Positions 10,362-20,020 of a DNA stretch of 64,000 bases are shown here, one piece after another. The stretch lies in contig CBDBZY010000014.1 of assembly GCA_965213685.1 (NCBI GenBank), positions 1 through 64,000 of the forward strand. The letters run 5' to 3'. The notes under the pieces are model-generated. The model saw only the letters and a list, made by a program, of their open reading frames with translations. It did not search any database and was not told the DNA's origin. The number at the start of each line of letters is the position of its first letter. The first letter of the stretch is position 1. The DNA comes from a bacterium (GTDB taxonomy: Bacteria > UBA8248). Both the position numbers and the translations under genes were made by a program.

Positions 10362-10554
10362 TCTACTCACAAAATCTGTGGATAAGTTGTGCGCAAAGGT
10401 GTGCGAACAGCCGCCAAACCCGCTATTTATCGCAACTTACAACACTTTGACACATTTATGGGCATATTCCATAAAATCAATAATATCAATAACATACATT
10501 AAATTTTCGCCCCATCAGGCATTGTTTCTTCGTCGTGGGCGTTGTTTTTCCACA
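10362..10554. promoter_or_regulatory. AT-rich DnaA-box cluster; candidate replication origin (oriC) or DnaA-binding locus
   Basis: Perfect box TGTGGATAA at 10377-10385, TTTTCCACA at 10546-10554, several degenerate boxes and an AT-rich core in an otherwise GC-rich window. Confidence 0.6.
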
Positions 10555-10612
10555 ACTTCCGGGAGGGAGGCCGCCGGATTCCCCCTCTCGCGCTTTGCAG
10601 AACCATCATTTC

Positions 10613-11197
10613 TCACCCGTCCTCCCCGGGCGTCCCGCACGGCTTCGGCTCGTAAAACAGCAGGGACGCGGCGCCGTAGCGCCTCTTCCGCACGAGCCAC
10701 CCTCCCCCCACCTCGGGGCGGGCCGCAACGCCTGCGGGGGCCTCCACCACCACGGCCGGGCATATCGGCGCGGCGCCGAAGAAGGCCCGGAGCAGAGCCA
10801 GCCGCAACGCTTCGTCCCCCCAGGGCGGATCGGCGAAGGCGAGGTGAATCTCGCATCCGGCGTCCGCGCGGACGCGCTCCAGCTCGGCGACCGCATCCGC
10901 GCAGCGCACGTCCAGCCGCGCGGCCAGGCCGAGTGCCCTGGCGTTCTCCCGCACCGCCGCGCAAAGGCGCGGGCTCCTCTCCACGGCGATGACGCGCGCA
11001 GCCCCCCGACTCAGCGCCTCCAGCGAGATGGCGCCCGAACCCGCGCACACGTCCAGCACGCACGCGCCCTCCAGAGCGCGCCCCCAGATGCTGAACAGCG
11101 CCTCCCGCACGCGCTCGCCGGTGGGCCGCACGCCGCCGCCCCTCGGCGACGGAATCCTGCGGCTCCCCGCGACGCCGCCGATGATGCGAAGCGACAC
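10613..11197 (-). CDS. rsmD: 16S rRNA (guanine(966)-N2)-methyltransferase RsmD
   Basis: LRIIGG...VRPT.ERVREALFS, LDVCAGSGAISLEALSRG, ADPPW. Confidence 0.92.
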   Translation of the reverse strand: MSLRIIGGVAGSRRIPSPRGGGVRPTGERVREALFSIWGRALEGACVLDVCAGSGAISLEALSRGAARVIAVERSPRLCAAVRENARALGLAARLDVRCADAVAELERVRADAGCEIHLAFADPPWGDEALRLALLRAFFGAAPICPAVVVEAPAGVAARPEVGGGWLVRKRRYGAASLLFYEPKPCGTPGEDG

Positions 11198-11205
11198 GGC
11201 GCGCC

Positions 11206-12114
11206 TCAGATGCGCTCGAAGTGGGCCAGCTCGCCGAACGCCCGGTAGCGCTCGTTGATCTCCGCCATCGAGAGCGACTTCATGCGCTCGTAGCTGAACG
11301 CCTCCACGTTGAACGACGCCATGACGCTGCCGAAGATGACCGCCCTGCGCATTCCCGCCTCGCTCAGGTCGCCCGTGGCGGCGAGATGGCCCATGAAGCC
11401 GCCGGCGAAGCTGTCGCCCGCCCCCGTGGGGTCGTGGATATCCTCCAGCGGCAGCCCGGGGGCGGAGAACACCCCGTCCTCGTGAAAGAGCAGCGCGCCG
11501 TACTCCCCCTGCTTCACCACCAGGGTTTTCGGCCCCGCCCCCCGGATGCGGCCGGCGGCGCGCGCGACGTTCGCCTCCCCCGAGAGGGCGCGCGCCTCCG
11601 CATCGTTGATGATGGCCAGATCCACCATCGAGAGGGTTTGGAGCAGCGCGTCGCGCTTGCCCTCTATCCAGAAGTTCATTGTGTCGCACGCCGCGAGCCT
11701 GGGAGATTTCGACTGCGCGAGGACGGAGGCCTGCAGCTCGGGGTCGATGTTCGCCAGAAACACGAACTCCGTATCCCGAAAAGCCTCCGGCAGCCGGGGC
11801 GAGAAGCACTCGAACACGTTGAGCTGGGTGTCGAGCGTGTGGGCGGTATTCAGGTCGAACCCGTATTCCCCCCTCCAGCGAAACGTCTTCCCCGCACTCC
11901 TCTCCAGACCCGATATGTCGATATTCCTCTCCCGGAGAAAGGCGAGCGCATCCTCCGGAAAATCAGACCCCACCACGGCCACGAGCCGCACGTCGGTGAA
12001 GTAGCTCGCCGAGACGGCGAAATAGGCGGCCGAGCCGCCCACCGCCTCCTCCCGCGCGCCGAAGGGCGTCCTCACCGAATCAATCGCCATCGAACCGACC
12101 ACCAGAAGACTCAT
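11206..12114 (-). CDS. PfkB family carbohydrate/nucleoside kinase
   Basis: MSLLVVGS.AID.V.TPFG, GGSAAY, DPTGAGDSFAGG. Confidence 0.92.
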   Translation of the reverse strand: MSLLVVGSMAIDSVRTPFGAREEAVGGSAAYFAVSASYFTDVRLVAVVGSDFPEDALAFLRERNIDISGLERSAGKTFRWRGEYGFDLNTAHTLDTQLNVFECFSPRLPEAFRDTEFVFLANIDPELQASVLAQSKSPRLAACDTMNFWIEGKRDALLQTLSMVDLAIINDAEARALSGEANVARAAGRIRGAGPKTLVVKQGEYGALLFHEDGVFSAPGLPLEDIHDPTGAGDSFAGGFMGHLAATGDLSEAGMRRAVIFGSVMASFNVEAFSYERMKSLSMAEINERYRAFGELAHFERI

Positions 12115-12354
12115 TTTTCCTCCCCTGTCGCGACAGGCTCCACAGGCCGACTTGCGCCGCCGTGCGAAGCCGGCCGCGTCCCTCCGCGCTTCTCCGAAAA
12201 ACGACCGCAGCCCCCCCCGGGCCGCCCGATTCGACGCCCGCCCGTCAAAAAATCCCGCAGCCCCGGCGCGCCGAGGAGACGGCATCAGACTCTAGCCGCA
12301 AAGGGCGCGCGTTTCAAAGGGCGGGGCGCATTCCCGCGCGAGACGTGGCGGAGA

Positions 12355-12930
12355 ATGGAGGAGCGCCGCCGACGCCTTCAACGTCCGCCCGAAAGCCGCC
12401 CTGCTTTGCGACAGCGGCCCGCAGCACCTCATCGCGTTCTATCGGTCCGGCCAGTCGGGGAGGATCACGGGCGAGGCGGCGAGGGGCTTTCTCCATCGGG
12501 AGAGGGCGAAACTCCTGGCGAGCGGAGGGGAGCATTACTACGCCGTCCGGGAGCGATTCAACGTGAAAGGCGACCCGCTCGATTTTCTGTTCCTAAGCCG
12601 CGCCTGCTTCAACGGAATGATGCGCTTCAACGGGGGCGACGGGTTCAACGTTCCCTTTTGCAAAAAGCCCGGACGCTTCGCGCGCGCCCTGGTTACGAAA
12701 ATCGTCCATCAGATCGAGGCCGTGTCGCATATCATCCATGCCGGAAACTACACGTTCCAGCATCAGGAGTTCCGTACCACCCTGGCGGAGGCGGGAGAGG
12801 GCGACATCGCATATTGCGACCCGCCCTACATCGACCGCCATGTGGACTACTACGATTCATGGTCGGAGGAGGAGGAGCGCGCGCTTCACGACATGCTCGT
12901 CGCATCGGGGGCGGATTTCATCATAACCAC
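12355..12930 (+). pseudogene. Truncated Dam/D12-class N6-adenine DNA methyltransferase, M.EcoRV-like remnant
   Basis: AFNVRPKAALLCD..HLIAFY, YYAVRERFN..PLDFLFLSRACFNGMMRFN...FNVPFCKKP, YCDPPY.DRHVDYY; no intact FxGxG motif I, no start codon, C-terminus lost at a C-run. Confidence 0.8.
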
Positions 12931-13058
12931 CCTCCCCCCCCCCTCGCCATTGCGGGTTCGCTCCCCGCGCATACCCCTTTTGGCTGGAAATGTGCTTTGA
13001 TAAGGGCTACAATGGTGTTTTCTTACCCCCCATTCGAGGGGGAGGGTGGGAGAGCCGC

Positions 13059-14183
13059 GTGAAAACCCGAACGCAAGCACAAAACCCACACAACCCAAAC
13101 CCCCTCGCCACGCGCGAGGAGCTGGCGAACCTCGATTTTTTCAGCGACCTGGCCGAGCGGTATCTCGCCGTCGATGGCATGGAGGCCCGCTGGGTGCCCT
13201 TTTCCAGAAAGGAGATTCTGCCCGACGAGAAGACGGCGCGGCGCATGCACTACTTCGTCTCGCTGGCGCGCGCGGTCGAGGAGACGCTCGATTCCGCCTT
13301 CCGCGCCGGCCACATCCCCGGCACCGCCTTTTTCGGCAGGGGAAACGAGGGCGCCAGCGTCGCGAGCGCCATGTGCCTGGAGGATCGCGAATGGCTCGTG
13401 CCCATGCACCGCAACTGCGGCGCGCACCTGGCCAAGGGCCATCCGCCGCGGAGCATCATGTCCCATTTCTTCGGGCGCGCCGACGGACCCTCGGGCGGGC
13501 GAGACGGCAACTTCCACATGGGCTACCGGCCCAAGCGCATCACCCAGCTCATCAGCCATATCGGCACGATGGTGCCCATCGCGGCGGGCGTGGCCTGGGC
13601 GGCCAAGGCACGCGGCAGGGGCGAGGCCACCATCAACTACATCGGCGACGGCGGCACGAGTTCGGGCGATTTTCACGAGGCGGTGAACTTCGCCGCCGTC
13701 AGGAAACTCCCGCTCGTCATCGTCATCGACAACAACCAATACGCCTACAAGACCCTGCCCCGCGATCAGTACGCCTGCGACGCCCTCGCCCTCAAGGCGC
13801 CCGGCTACGGGATTCCCGGCTTTCTCATTGACGGCACGAACGCGCCCCTGGTGCACCGCGTGTGCGGGGAGGCGCTCGCGCGGGCGCGGGCGGGCGGCGG
13901 CCCCACCCTCATCGAGAGCGTCACCATCCGCGCCGCGGGCCATTCGGTCTATGACAAGTTTTCCGACTATGTGGACATGGCGCATTTCGAGAAGTGGACG
14001 GCGGAGCGCGACCCCCTCCGGCGTCTCGACGAGACGCTCATCGAGTTTGGAGTCATGACGCCGGAGGAGGTCGCCGCATCGCGCCAGAGGGCGCGGCAGG
14101 ACGCCGAGGATGCGCGCGACGAGGCGCTCCGGAGCCCGATGCCCGACCCCGAGGGCCTCACCGAGGGGGTGTTCGCGGAATGA
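13059..14183 (+). CDS. ThDP-dependent 2-oxoacid dehydrogenase E1 alpha subunit
   Basis: IGDGGTS.GDFHEAVNFA...IDNNQYA ThDP-binding motif; R..GHS loop; start uncertain. Confidence 0.92.
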   Translation: MKTRTQAQNPHNPNPLATREELANLDFFSDLAERYLAVDGMEARWVPFSRKEILPDEKTARRMHYFVSLARAVEETLDSAFRAGHIPGTAFFGRGNEGASVASAMCLEDREWLVPMHRNCGAHLAKGHPPRSIMSHFFGRADGPSGGRDGNFHMGYRPKRITQLISHIGTMVPIAAGVAWAAKARGRGEATINYIGDGGTSSGDFHEAVNFAAVRKLPLVIVIDNNQYAYKTLPRDQYACDALALKAPGYGIPGFLIDGTNAPLVHRVCGEALARARAGGGPTLIESVTIRAAGHSVYDKFSDYVDMAHFEKWTAERDPLRRLDETLIEFGVMTPEEVAASRQRARQDAEDARDEALRSPMPDPEGLTEGVFAE

Positions 14184-15172
14184 TCACCTACCGCGAGGCG
14201 CTGAGCGCCGCCCTCTGGGAGGAGATGGAGCGCGACGCGGACGTGTTCCTCCTCGGAGAGGACATCGCCCTGGGCGGGGGCGCCTTTTACGTCACCAAGG
14301 GGTTTCAAGAAAAATTCGGCCGCGACCGCGTGGTGGACGTCCCGTTGAGCGAGGCGGGCTTCACGGGCGCCGCGATTGGCGCGGCGCTGTGCGGGATGCG
14401 GCCGGTGGTGGAGTTTCAGTTCGCCGATTTCGTGACCGAATCGTTCAAGATGATCGTGGATTTCGCGGCGGGCAACCATTACCGGCAAATGGGGCCCGTG
14501 CCCATCGTCCTGCGCCTGCCGGCCGCCGCCCTCGTGAGCGCCGGCCCGTTCCACAGCCAGAATCCGGAAATCTGGTTTTTCGGGACGCCGGGCCTCAAGA
14601 TTGTCGCGCCCACGACCGCCCGCGACGCCAAGGGGATGCTGAAGCAGGCGATCCGGGACCCGAACCCCGTCATCTTCATCGAGTACAAGAAGTTCTACAA
14701 TTACCCGATCCGCGAGCTGCCGGAGGTGCTCCGGCCTGAAATTCCTCCGGACGACTACACCGTGCCGTTCGGCGAGGCGAGAACCCTCCGGGAGGGCGAG
14801 GACATCTCGCTCGTCACGTTCGGCACGACGGTGCTCGAAGCCCTCGAGGCGGCGGAGGTGCTCGCGGCCGAGGGGGCGTCGGTCGAGGTCATCGACCTCC
14901 GGACCCTGGTGCCGCTGGACAAGGAAGCCATACTGCGGAGCGTCAGGAAAACGGGGAAAATCCTCTTTCTGCACGAAGCGCGGAAACGGGGCGGCGTGGC
15001 GGGCGAACTCGCCGCCATCGTGGGCGAGGAGGCCTTTGAGCATCTCGACGCCCCCATGCGCCGGGTGGGCGCGCCCGAGGCGCACGTGCCGCTCAGTCCC
15101 CCGCTGGAGGACGCCTACCTGCCCAGCACGGAGAAGGTGGTGAGCGAGCTGCGCGCACTCGCCGCGTTCTAG
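14180..15172 (+). CDS. 2-oxoacid dehydrogenase E1 beta subunit
   Basis: MITYREAL, LGEDI, D.PLSE, PVVEFQFADF, HSQ, EVIDLRTLVPLD; ATGA overlap with the alpha gene. Confidence 0.93.
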   Translation: MITYREALSAALWEEMERDADVFLLGEDIALGGGAFYVTKGFQEKFGRDRVVDVPLSEAGFTGAAIGAALCGMRPVVEFQFADFVTESFKMIVDFAAGNHYRQMGPVPIVLRLPAAALVSAGPFHSQNPEIWFFGTPGLKIVAPTTARDAKGMLKQAIRDPNPVIFIEYKKFYNYPIRELPEVLRPEIPPDDYTVPFGEARTLREGEDISLVTFGTTVLEALEAAEVLAAEGASVEVIDLRTLVPLDKEAILRSVRKTGKILFLHEARKRGGVAGELAAIVGEEAFEHLDAPMRRVGAPEAHVPLSPPLEDAYLPSTEKVVSELRALAAF

Positions 15173-15271
15173 CGCGAAAACCCGTCTGGCGCGTTCCGGA
15201 AATTTTCAGTATTTTCAGGGAAGATGGATTTTCCTCATTCCGCATATCGCGGAGCCGCCGGGGGAGCCGAC

Positions 15272-16564
15272 ATGTACACCGCACGCATCCGAATGCCCCG
15301 TATGGGGACCAGCGTGCACGAGAGCACGGTGGTGGCGTGGAGGAAATCCGTCGGCGACAGGGTGGCGAGGGGAGAGGCGCTCCTCTCCGCCGAAAGCGAC
15401 AAGGTGGAGTTCGAGGTCGAGGCCCCCGCCGATGGCGTGATCGTGGAGATTTTCGCGGCCGCCGATGAAACGGTGCCCGTGGGCGAGGTGCTGGCGACCA
15501 TGGAGACCGAAGAGGAGGTTTCCTCTTCTTCGGACGATCCCCCCGTCCAGCGCAGCGCAGACGCGGACGAGTGGGCGGCGCCGGTCGCCCCCCTGCGGCC
15601 CAGGGAGAAGCCCGTCATACCGGCGAGGCCGGCGGCGCCAAAGCGAAAGGCGCCCGCCCCCTCCGCGCATCCCGCAACCTGGCTCTCTCCGCGCGTGCAA
15701 AGGCTGGCCGCCGCGCACGGCATCGGCCTGGAGGCGCTCGCCCGCATCCGGGGCACGGGGACGAACGGACGCATCCGCGCGCGCGACGTGGAGGCGTTCG
15801 TCGCGGGTGGTGCCGCGACCCGAATCGGGACGTCGGCGGAGCCGCTCAGCCGGAATCTGGAGGAGCGCGTGGAGCCGCTCAGCAGAATCCGGAGGCGAAT
15901 CGCCAGGAACCTCACCCAATCCGTGCGGGAGATACCGCAGGTCACCAGCTGGCTGGAAGTCGATATGAGCGCCGTCTCCGCCTTCCGCGACGCGCACAAG
16001 GAGGCGTTTTACGCCAGGCATCGCTGCCGCCTCACCTACGCGCCCTTTTTCATCATGGCCATCGCGCACGCGCTCCGGGGCGCGGAACATGAGCGCTTCA
16101 ACGCCACGTTCGAGAACGACGCCCTCGCCATCAAGCGGTTCCTGAATCTCGGGGTCGCCGTGGACGCGGCGGACGGCCTCGTGGTGCCGGTGCTGAAGTC
16201 GGCGGACTCGATGGGTCTCGTCGAGCTCTCCTTGCGGCTCGACGATCTGGCCGGCCGGGCGCGCGAGGGAGCGTTGCGCCCAGACGAGGTGCAGGGCGGA
16301 ACGCTCACGCTCACCAATTTCGGCGCCTCCGGCCTCCTGAGCGGCAATCCCATCATCCACAGCCCCGAGGTGGCCATCCTCGGCACGGGCGCCATCGCCC
16401 CGCGCCCCGTGGCGCTTCCCGGCGGCGCCCTCGCGGTTCGGCCCGTCATGACCCTGGCGATCACCTTCGACCACCGCGTCAACGACGGCATGGCGGCCGG
16501 CAAGTTCGCCTCGGAGATTCGCGCCGCCCTGGAGCACATGAACTTTTCCCATATGGAGTATTAG
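15272..16564 (+). CDS. Dihydrolipoamide acyltransferase (E2)
   Basis: Lipoyl domain ESDKVEFEV, E3-binding GTG.NGRI...DV, catalytic TFDHRVNDG. Confidence 0.93.
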   Translation: MYTARIRMPRMGTSVHESTVVAWRKSVGDRVARGEALLSAESDKVEFEVEAPADGVIVEIFAAADETVPVGEVLATMETEEEVSSSSDDPPVQRSADADEWAAPVAPLRPREKPVIPARPAAPKRKAPAPSAHPATWLSPRVQRLAAAHGIGLEALARIRGTGTNGRIRARDVEAFVAGGAATRIGTSAEPLSRNLEERVEPLSRIRRRIARNLTQSVREIPQVTSWLEVDMSAVSAFRDAHKEAFYARHRCRLTYAPFFIMAIAHALRGAEHERFNATFENDALAIKRFLNLGVAVDAADGLVVPVLKSADSMGLVELSLRLDDLAGRAREGALRPDEVQGGTLTLTNFGASGLLSGNPIIHSPEVAILGTGAIAPRPVALPGGALAVRPVMTLAITFDHRVNDGMAAGKFASEIRAALEHMNFSHMEY

Positions 16565-16570
16565 CGTCCC

Positions 16571-17503
16571 ATGCCCAGACCCGACGTCCACACCCCCCTG
16601 CGCTCCATGCTCTTCATCCCCGGTTCGAGCGAAAAGATGGTGGGCAAGGCGCCCGCCATCGAGGCGGACGCCGCCCTGTTCGACCTGGAGGATTCCGTCG
16701 CCCCCCACATGAAGGAGGAGGCGCGCAGGCTCGTCCGCGCCGGAATCGCCGAGACGAAAAACGCCCCCGACGGCCCCTCCACCATCCTGGTGCGCGTGAA
16801 CGACGTGGAGTCCGGGCTGCTGGAGGCCGACGTTGACGCCATCCTCACAGAGGGGCTCGACGGCATCTTCCTGCCCAAGCCGGAAACCGCGGCGGACGCC
16901 AGGGCCGCCGACGCGCTTTTGACGAAATACGAGCGCGCGCGCGGCCTGGAGGAGGGCGCCATCGGCATCATCGCCCAAATCGAGAGCGCCTCGGGCGTGG
17001 TGCATTGCCACCAGATATGCGCGTCCACCCCCCGCGTCGTGGGGGTGAACCTGGGCAGCGCCGAGGACGCCGACCTGTGCCGAAGCCTGGGCGCCACGTG
17101 GACCGAAGACGGCGCGACCCTCCTCTACACGCGCAGCAAGGTGCTGGTCGAGGCGCGCGCGGCCGGCCTGCCCCACCCCACCGACGGCGTCTACATGCGC
17201 CTGAAGGACGACGCGGGCTGCCGGGCGGACGCGGAATTCGCCAGGAAACTGGGCTACACCGGCAAGGCGGCCATCCACCCCAGGCAGGTGCCCATATTCA
17301 ACGAGGTCTATTCGCCGAGCGGCGAGGAGGTCTCCTATTACACCGAGATGATCGGCGCCTACAGGGAGGGCGAGGCCCGGGGGCTCGGCGCCATCTCCTT
17401 CCAGGGGAAGATGATCGACGTCGCCATGGTCAAGCACGCGGAAAACGTGGTCGCGCGCGCCCGCGCGATCGCCGGGAACTCCCGGGGGGGGCGAGGGCGC
17501 TAG
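16571..17503 (+). CDS. CitE-like CoA-ester lyase (HpcH/HpaI aldolase/citrate lyase family)
   Basis: RSMLFIPG, FDLEDSV, LVRVN, IESA.GV, GKAAIHPRQ, GKMIDVA. Confidence 0.9.
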   Translation: MPRPDVHTPLRSMLFIPGSSEKMVGKAPAIEADAALFDLEDSVAPHMKEEARRLVRAGIAETKNAPDGPSTILVRVNDVESGLLEADVDAILTEGLDGIFLPKPETAADARAADALLTKYERARGLEEGAIGIIAQIESASGVVHCHQICASTPRVVGVNLGSAEDADLCRSLGATWTEDGATLLYTRSKVLVEARAAGLPHPTDGVYMRLKDDAGCRADAEFARKLGYTGKAAIHPRQVPIFNEVYSPSGEEVSYYTEMIGAYREGEARGLGAISFQGKMIDVAMVKHAENVVARARAIAGNSRGGRGR

Positions 17504-19029
17504 CAGCCATAGACCTTCTCCTTCCGGGGGGACAGCTCCCTCCAGCCCATCGCCAGCTCCGCGAGAATCCGCACGCCCACGCCGGTGCCTCCCGCGGGGC
17601 GGTAGGGTTCGTCCGATGCGGCGTGGGAGGGCCCCGCGATATCGAGATGCACCCAGGGCGTGTCATCGACAAAGTGCTGCAAGAAGGCCGCCGCCGTGTT
17701 TGCCCCTCCCCAGCGCTCGCCCGATATGTTGCACAAATCCGCGATTTTCCCCTTCATCATCTCGCCGAACTCGGGAAACAGCGGCATGTGCCACACCCGG
17801 TCGCCCGTGCGCTCGCCCAGGGCGCGCACCCGGTCGAGGAGTTCGTCATGCGTGCCGTACATGCCGGTGACCCTCTTCCCCAGCGCCACCATGCAGGCGC
17901 CCGTCAGCGTGGCCAGGTCGACCATGCACTGCGGGCTGTAGCGCGAGCGCGCGAAATGCAGGGCGTCGGCCAGGAGGAGGCGGCCCTCGGCGTCGGTGTT
18001 GTGGATTTCAATCGTGGTTCCCTTCATGGAGCGAACGATGTCGCCGGGCCGCGTGGCGTCGCCGTCCACCATGTTCTCCGCCAGGCCCGCCACGCCGACG
18101 ACGGGCACCTCCGGCTTCAGGCGAGCGATGGAGAGCATGGCGCCCAGGACGGCGGCGGCGCCGCTCATGTCGGTCGTCATCAGCTCCAGGCCGCCGCTCG
18201 GCTTGATGGAGACGCCGCCCGTGTCGAAGGTCACCCCCTTGCCGACGAAGGCGAGCGGCATGGCCTTCACATCGGGCGGGCGGTACTCGAGGACGACCAT
18301 CCGGGGGGGCTGGGAGCTGCCCCTGCCCACCGCCATGATCCCGCCCATCTTCAGCTTCCGGAGCTGCTTCTCGTCCAGCACCTGGCACTGGAGGCCCTCG
18401 CGGCGCGCCATCGCGCGCGCCTCGGCCGCCAGGGCGGGCGGTCGCTTCTCGTTGCTCGGGGTGTTGATGAGGTCGCGGGCGTAGTTCGTTCCCGCGCAGA
18501 GGAGCCGGCCATGTCGGACGCCCCGCCTCATCGCCCGCGCCTGGGCGTCCGTCCCGCTGCACAGAACGGCGCGCGAGATGGGGCCCGGCGCGTCGTTTTC
18601 CGACGTCTTGTAGGCGTCCATCCGGTAGAGGGCGAGCGAGACGCCCTCGACAATCGCCTGGGCCGCCGCCCGCGCGTCCAGGGCTTCTCCCAGAACGGGC
18701 GTGGTCGAGACGGCGACGCTGTCCAGCCCCTCGGTGCGCGCGCGCCTGGCCGCCAGGCCGCAGGCGCGGCGAATCGACTCCGGCGAGGCCTCCTCCCCCA
18801 GGCCCGCGAGGATGACGAACGCAGGCCCTCCTCCTCCCCCGGGCAGCGGCAGAAAAGAGACCTGCTCCTTTTTTCCATCGAAGACCTTGCGGGCGCGCAG
18901 GGAGGCCAGGGCACCGCCGAGCGCCTCGTCGAGCCGCTCGTCTTCCGCGCCCTGTGCCATCAGGCAAACCAGGGCGTCGGTGCGCTGGTCCAAACCCGAA
19001 CCATCGCCAGCGGCAACGGAGAATCGCAT
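17500..19029 (-). CDS. pepA: Leucyl aminopeptidase (M17)
   Basis: FVGKGVTFDTGG..IKP, NTDAEGRL.LAD, DLATLTGA, W.HLDIAG. Confidence 0.95.
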   Translation of the reverse strand: MRFSVAAGDGSGLDQRTDALVCLMAQGAEDERLDEALGGALASLRARKVFDGKKEQVSFLPLPGGGGGPAFVILAGLGEEASPESIRRACGLAARRARTEGLDSVAVSTTPVLGEALDARAAAQAIVEGVSLALYRMDAYKTSENDAPGPISRAVLCSGTDAQARAMRRGVRHGRLLCAGTNYARDLINTPSNEKRPPALAAEARAMARREGLQCQVLDEKQLRKLKMGGIMAVGRGSSQPPRMVVLEYRPPDVKAMPLAFVGKGVTFDTGGVSIKPSGGLELMTTDMSGAAAVLGAMLSIARLKPEVPVVGVAGLAENMVDGDATRPGDIVRSMKGTTIEIHNTDAEGRLLLADALHFARSRYSPQCMVDLATLTGACMVALGKRVTGMYGTHDELLDRVRALGERTGDRVWHMPLFPEFGEMMKGKIADLCNISGERWGGANTAAAFLQHFVDDTPWVHLDIAGPSHAASDEPYRPAGGTGVGVRILAELAMGWRELSPRKEKVYGC

Positions 19030-19301
19030 ACACATCCCCTTTTATCAGAATACGGCCAAAACGAAGAGCGGATCCGTCCAGTGTATCCCAGCGCGGCGCG
19101 GACGACCAGATCGGGGCGGGCACCGTAGCGACAAACGCCCTTGCGCGCGCTGGCCGAGGCGCGCGGATTGTGTTCTCGCGCCCCCTCCCCCTACAATGGA
19201 GGCTTAGAACGTCCTATGAAACATGAAACGCGCCGAGGCTCCCCCGCCTTCCGGATCGCCACCCTCGCCGCCTCCCGTTCGCACGAAGGAGTTCGTTCGC
19301 C

Positions 19302-19736
19302 ATGAGTTTCTACAACTGGGATATGCTCCCGCTGAGCCATGACCGCCCAGGAGTCGCGCACAGAAGAATTTTCGGGGAGAACATCCAGATGCAGCACCTC
19401 ATCACCGAGCCGGGGGGGACGCCCTCGAAGCTGCACAACCATCCCGACCATGAAGAATTCTTCTACATCCAGGCGGGCGAGTGGGAATTTACGCTCGAAG
19501 AGGAGGTGCGGAGAGTCGGGCCGGGCGACGTCGTGCACGTCAAGGCGGGCGCCATGCACACGCTGCGTCTCGTGAGCGACGAGCCGGGAATGGCGCTCGA
19601 GGTGTTCCACCCGCTCTGGAACCCCGAGCGCGCCGGCGACATGGAGAATTGGACGATAGACGCCATCAAGGGCCGCATGGAGTTCGCAGAGGAGCCCGAC
19701 GAGATGAACAGGGGACGCCCGCCTCACGGCGGATGA
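19302..19736 (+). CDS. Cupin domain protein
   Basis: LHNHPDHEEFFYI.....G.V.HV.AG.MH; AAGGAG RBS. Confidence 0.88.
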   Translation: MSFYNWDMLPLSHDRPGVAHRRIFGENIQMQHLITEPGGTPSKLHNHPDHEEFFYIQAGEWEFTLEEEVRRVGPGDVVHVKAGAMHTLRLVSDEPGMALEVFHPLWNPERAGDMENWTIDAIKGRMEFAEEPDEMNRGRPPHGG

Positions 19737-19808
19737 GGAGGCGGCAAGCCGCCGTTCGCCGGATGGCGTTCGGGCCGGGCGCGCGCGCCCTCCCGGCATA
19801 AAATGGCG

Positions 19809-19842
19809 AAAAAAAACAGGCGGCGCCTCCCGACGCCGCCTG
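19809..19842 (-). terminator. Intrinsic terminator
   Basis: 9-bp stem CAGGCGGCG/CGCCGCCTG followed by T8 on the minus strand. Confidence 0.8.
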
Positions 19843-19895
19843 CGGTTTTCTCGAATTCCCCCGATGCGCCGTCTCAGGTCACACCGAGGGGCTGC

Positions 19896-19991
19896 TCAGG
19901 GTTTTTTCAGCACCCTCTTCCGGGAGTGCGCCGTTTTCAGGACCCTCCGGGGCGCAACTTCTCGGGCGGAAACCATCAATAGCATCGCCAT
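19896..19991 (-). CDS. Small basic ORF, 31 aa (MAMLLMVSAREVAPRRVLKTAHSRKRVLKKP); alternatively part of a structured sRNA
   Basis: AGGAGG RBS 6 nt before ATG; lies between a consensus promoter and a terminator; below the ORF-track size cutoff. Confidence 0.5.
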   Translation of the reverse strand: MAMLLMVSAREVAPRRVLKTAHSRKRVLKKP

Positions 19992-20020
19992 GACAGCCCT
20001 CCTATGAAGTTATGCAGGAG

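Noticed and set aside
19855-19898. Selenocysteine readthrough of the small ORF's TGA (a hairpin follows the stop)
   Set aside because: The readthrough frame runs into the intrinsic terminator and has no redox motif; the hairpin is explained by the repeat structure
19860-19975. Glycine riboswitch-like words (CTCAGG, CCGAGGGG) on the plus strand
   Set aside because: Motif order and the GGAGA...CCGAAGG core do not match; no downstream plus-strand gene; promoter and terminator point to the minus strand
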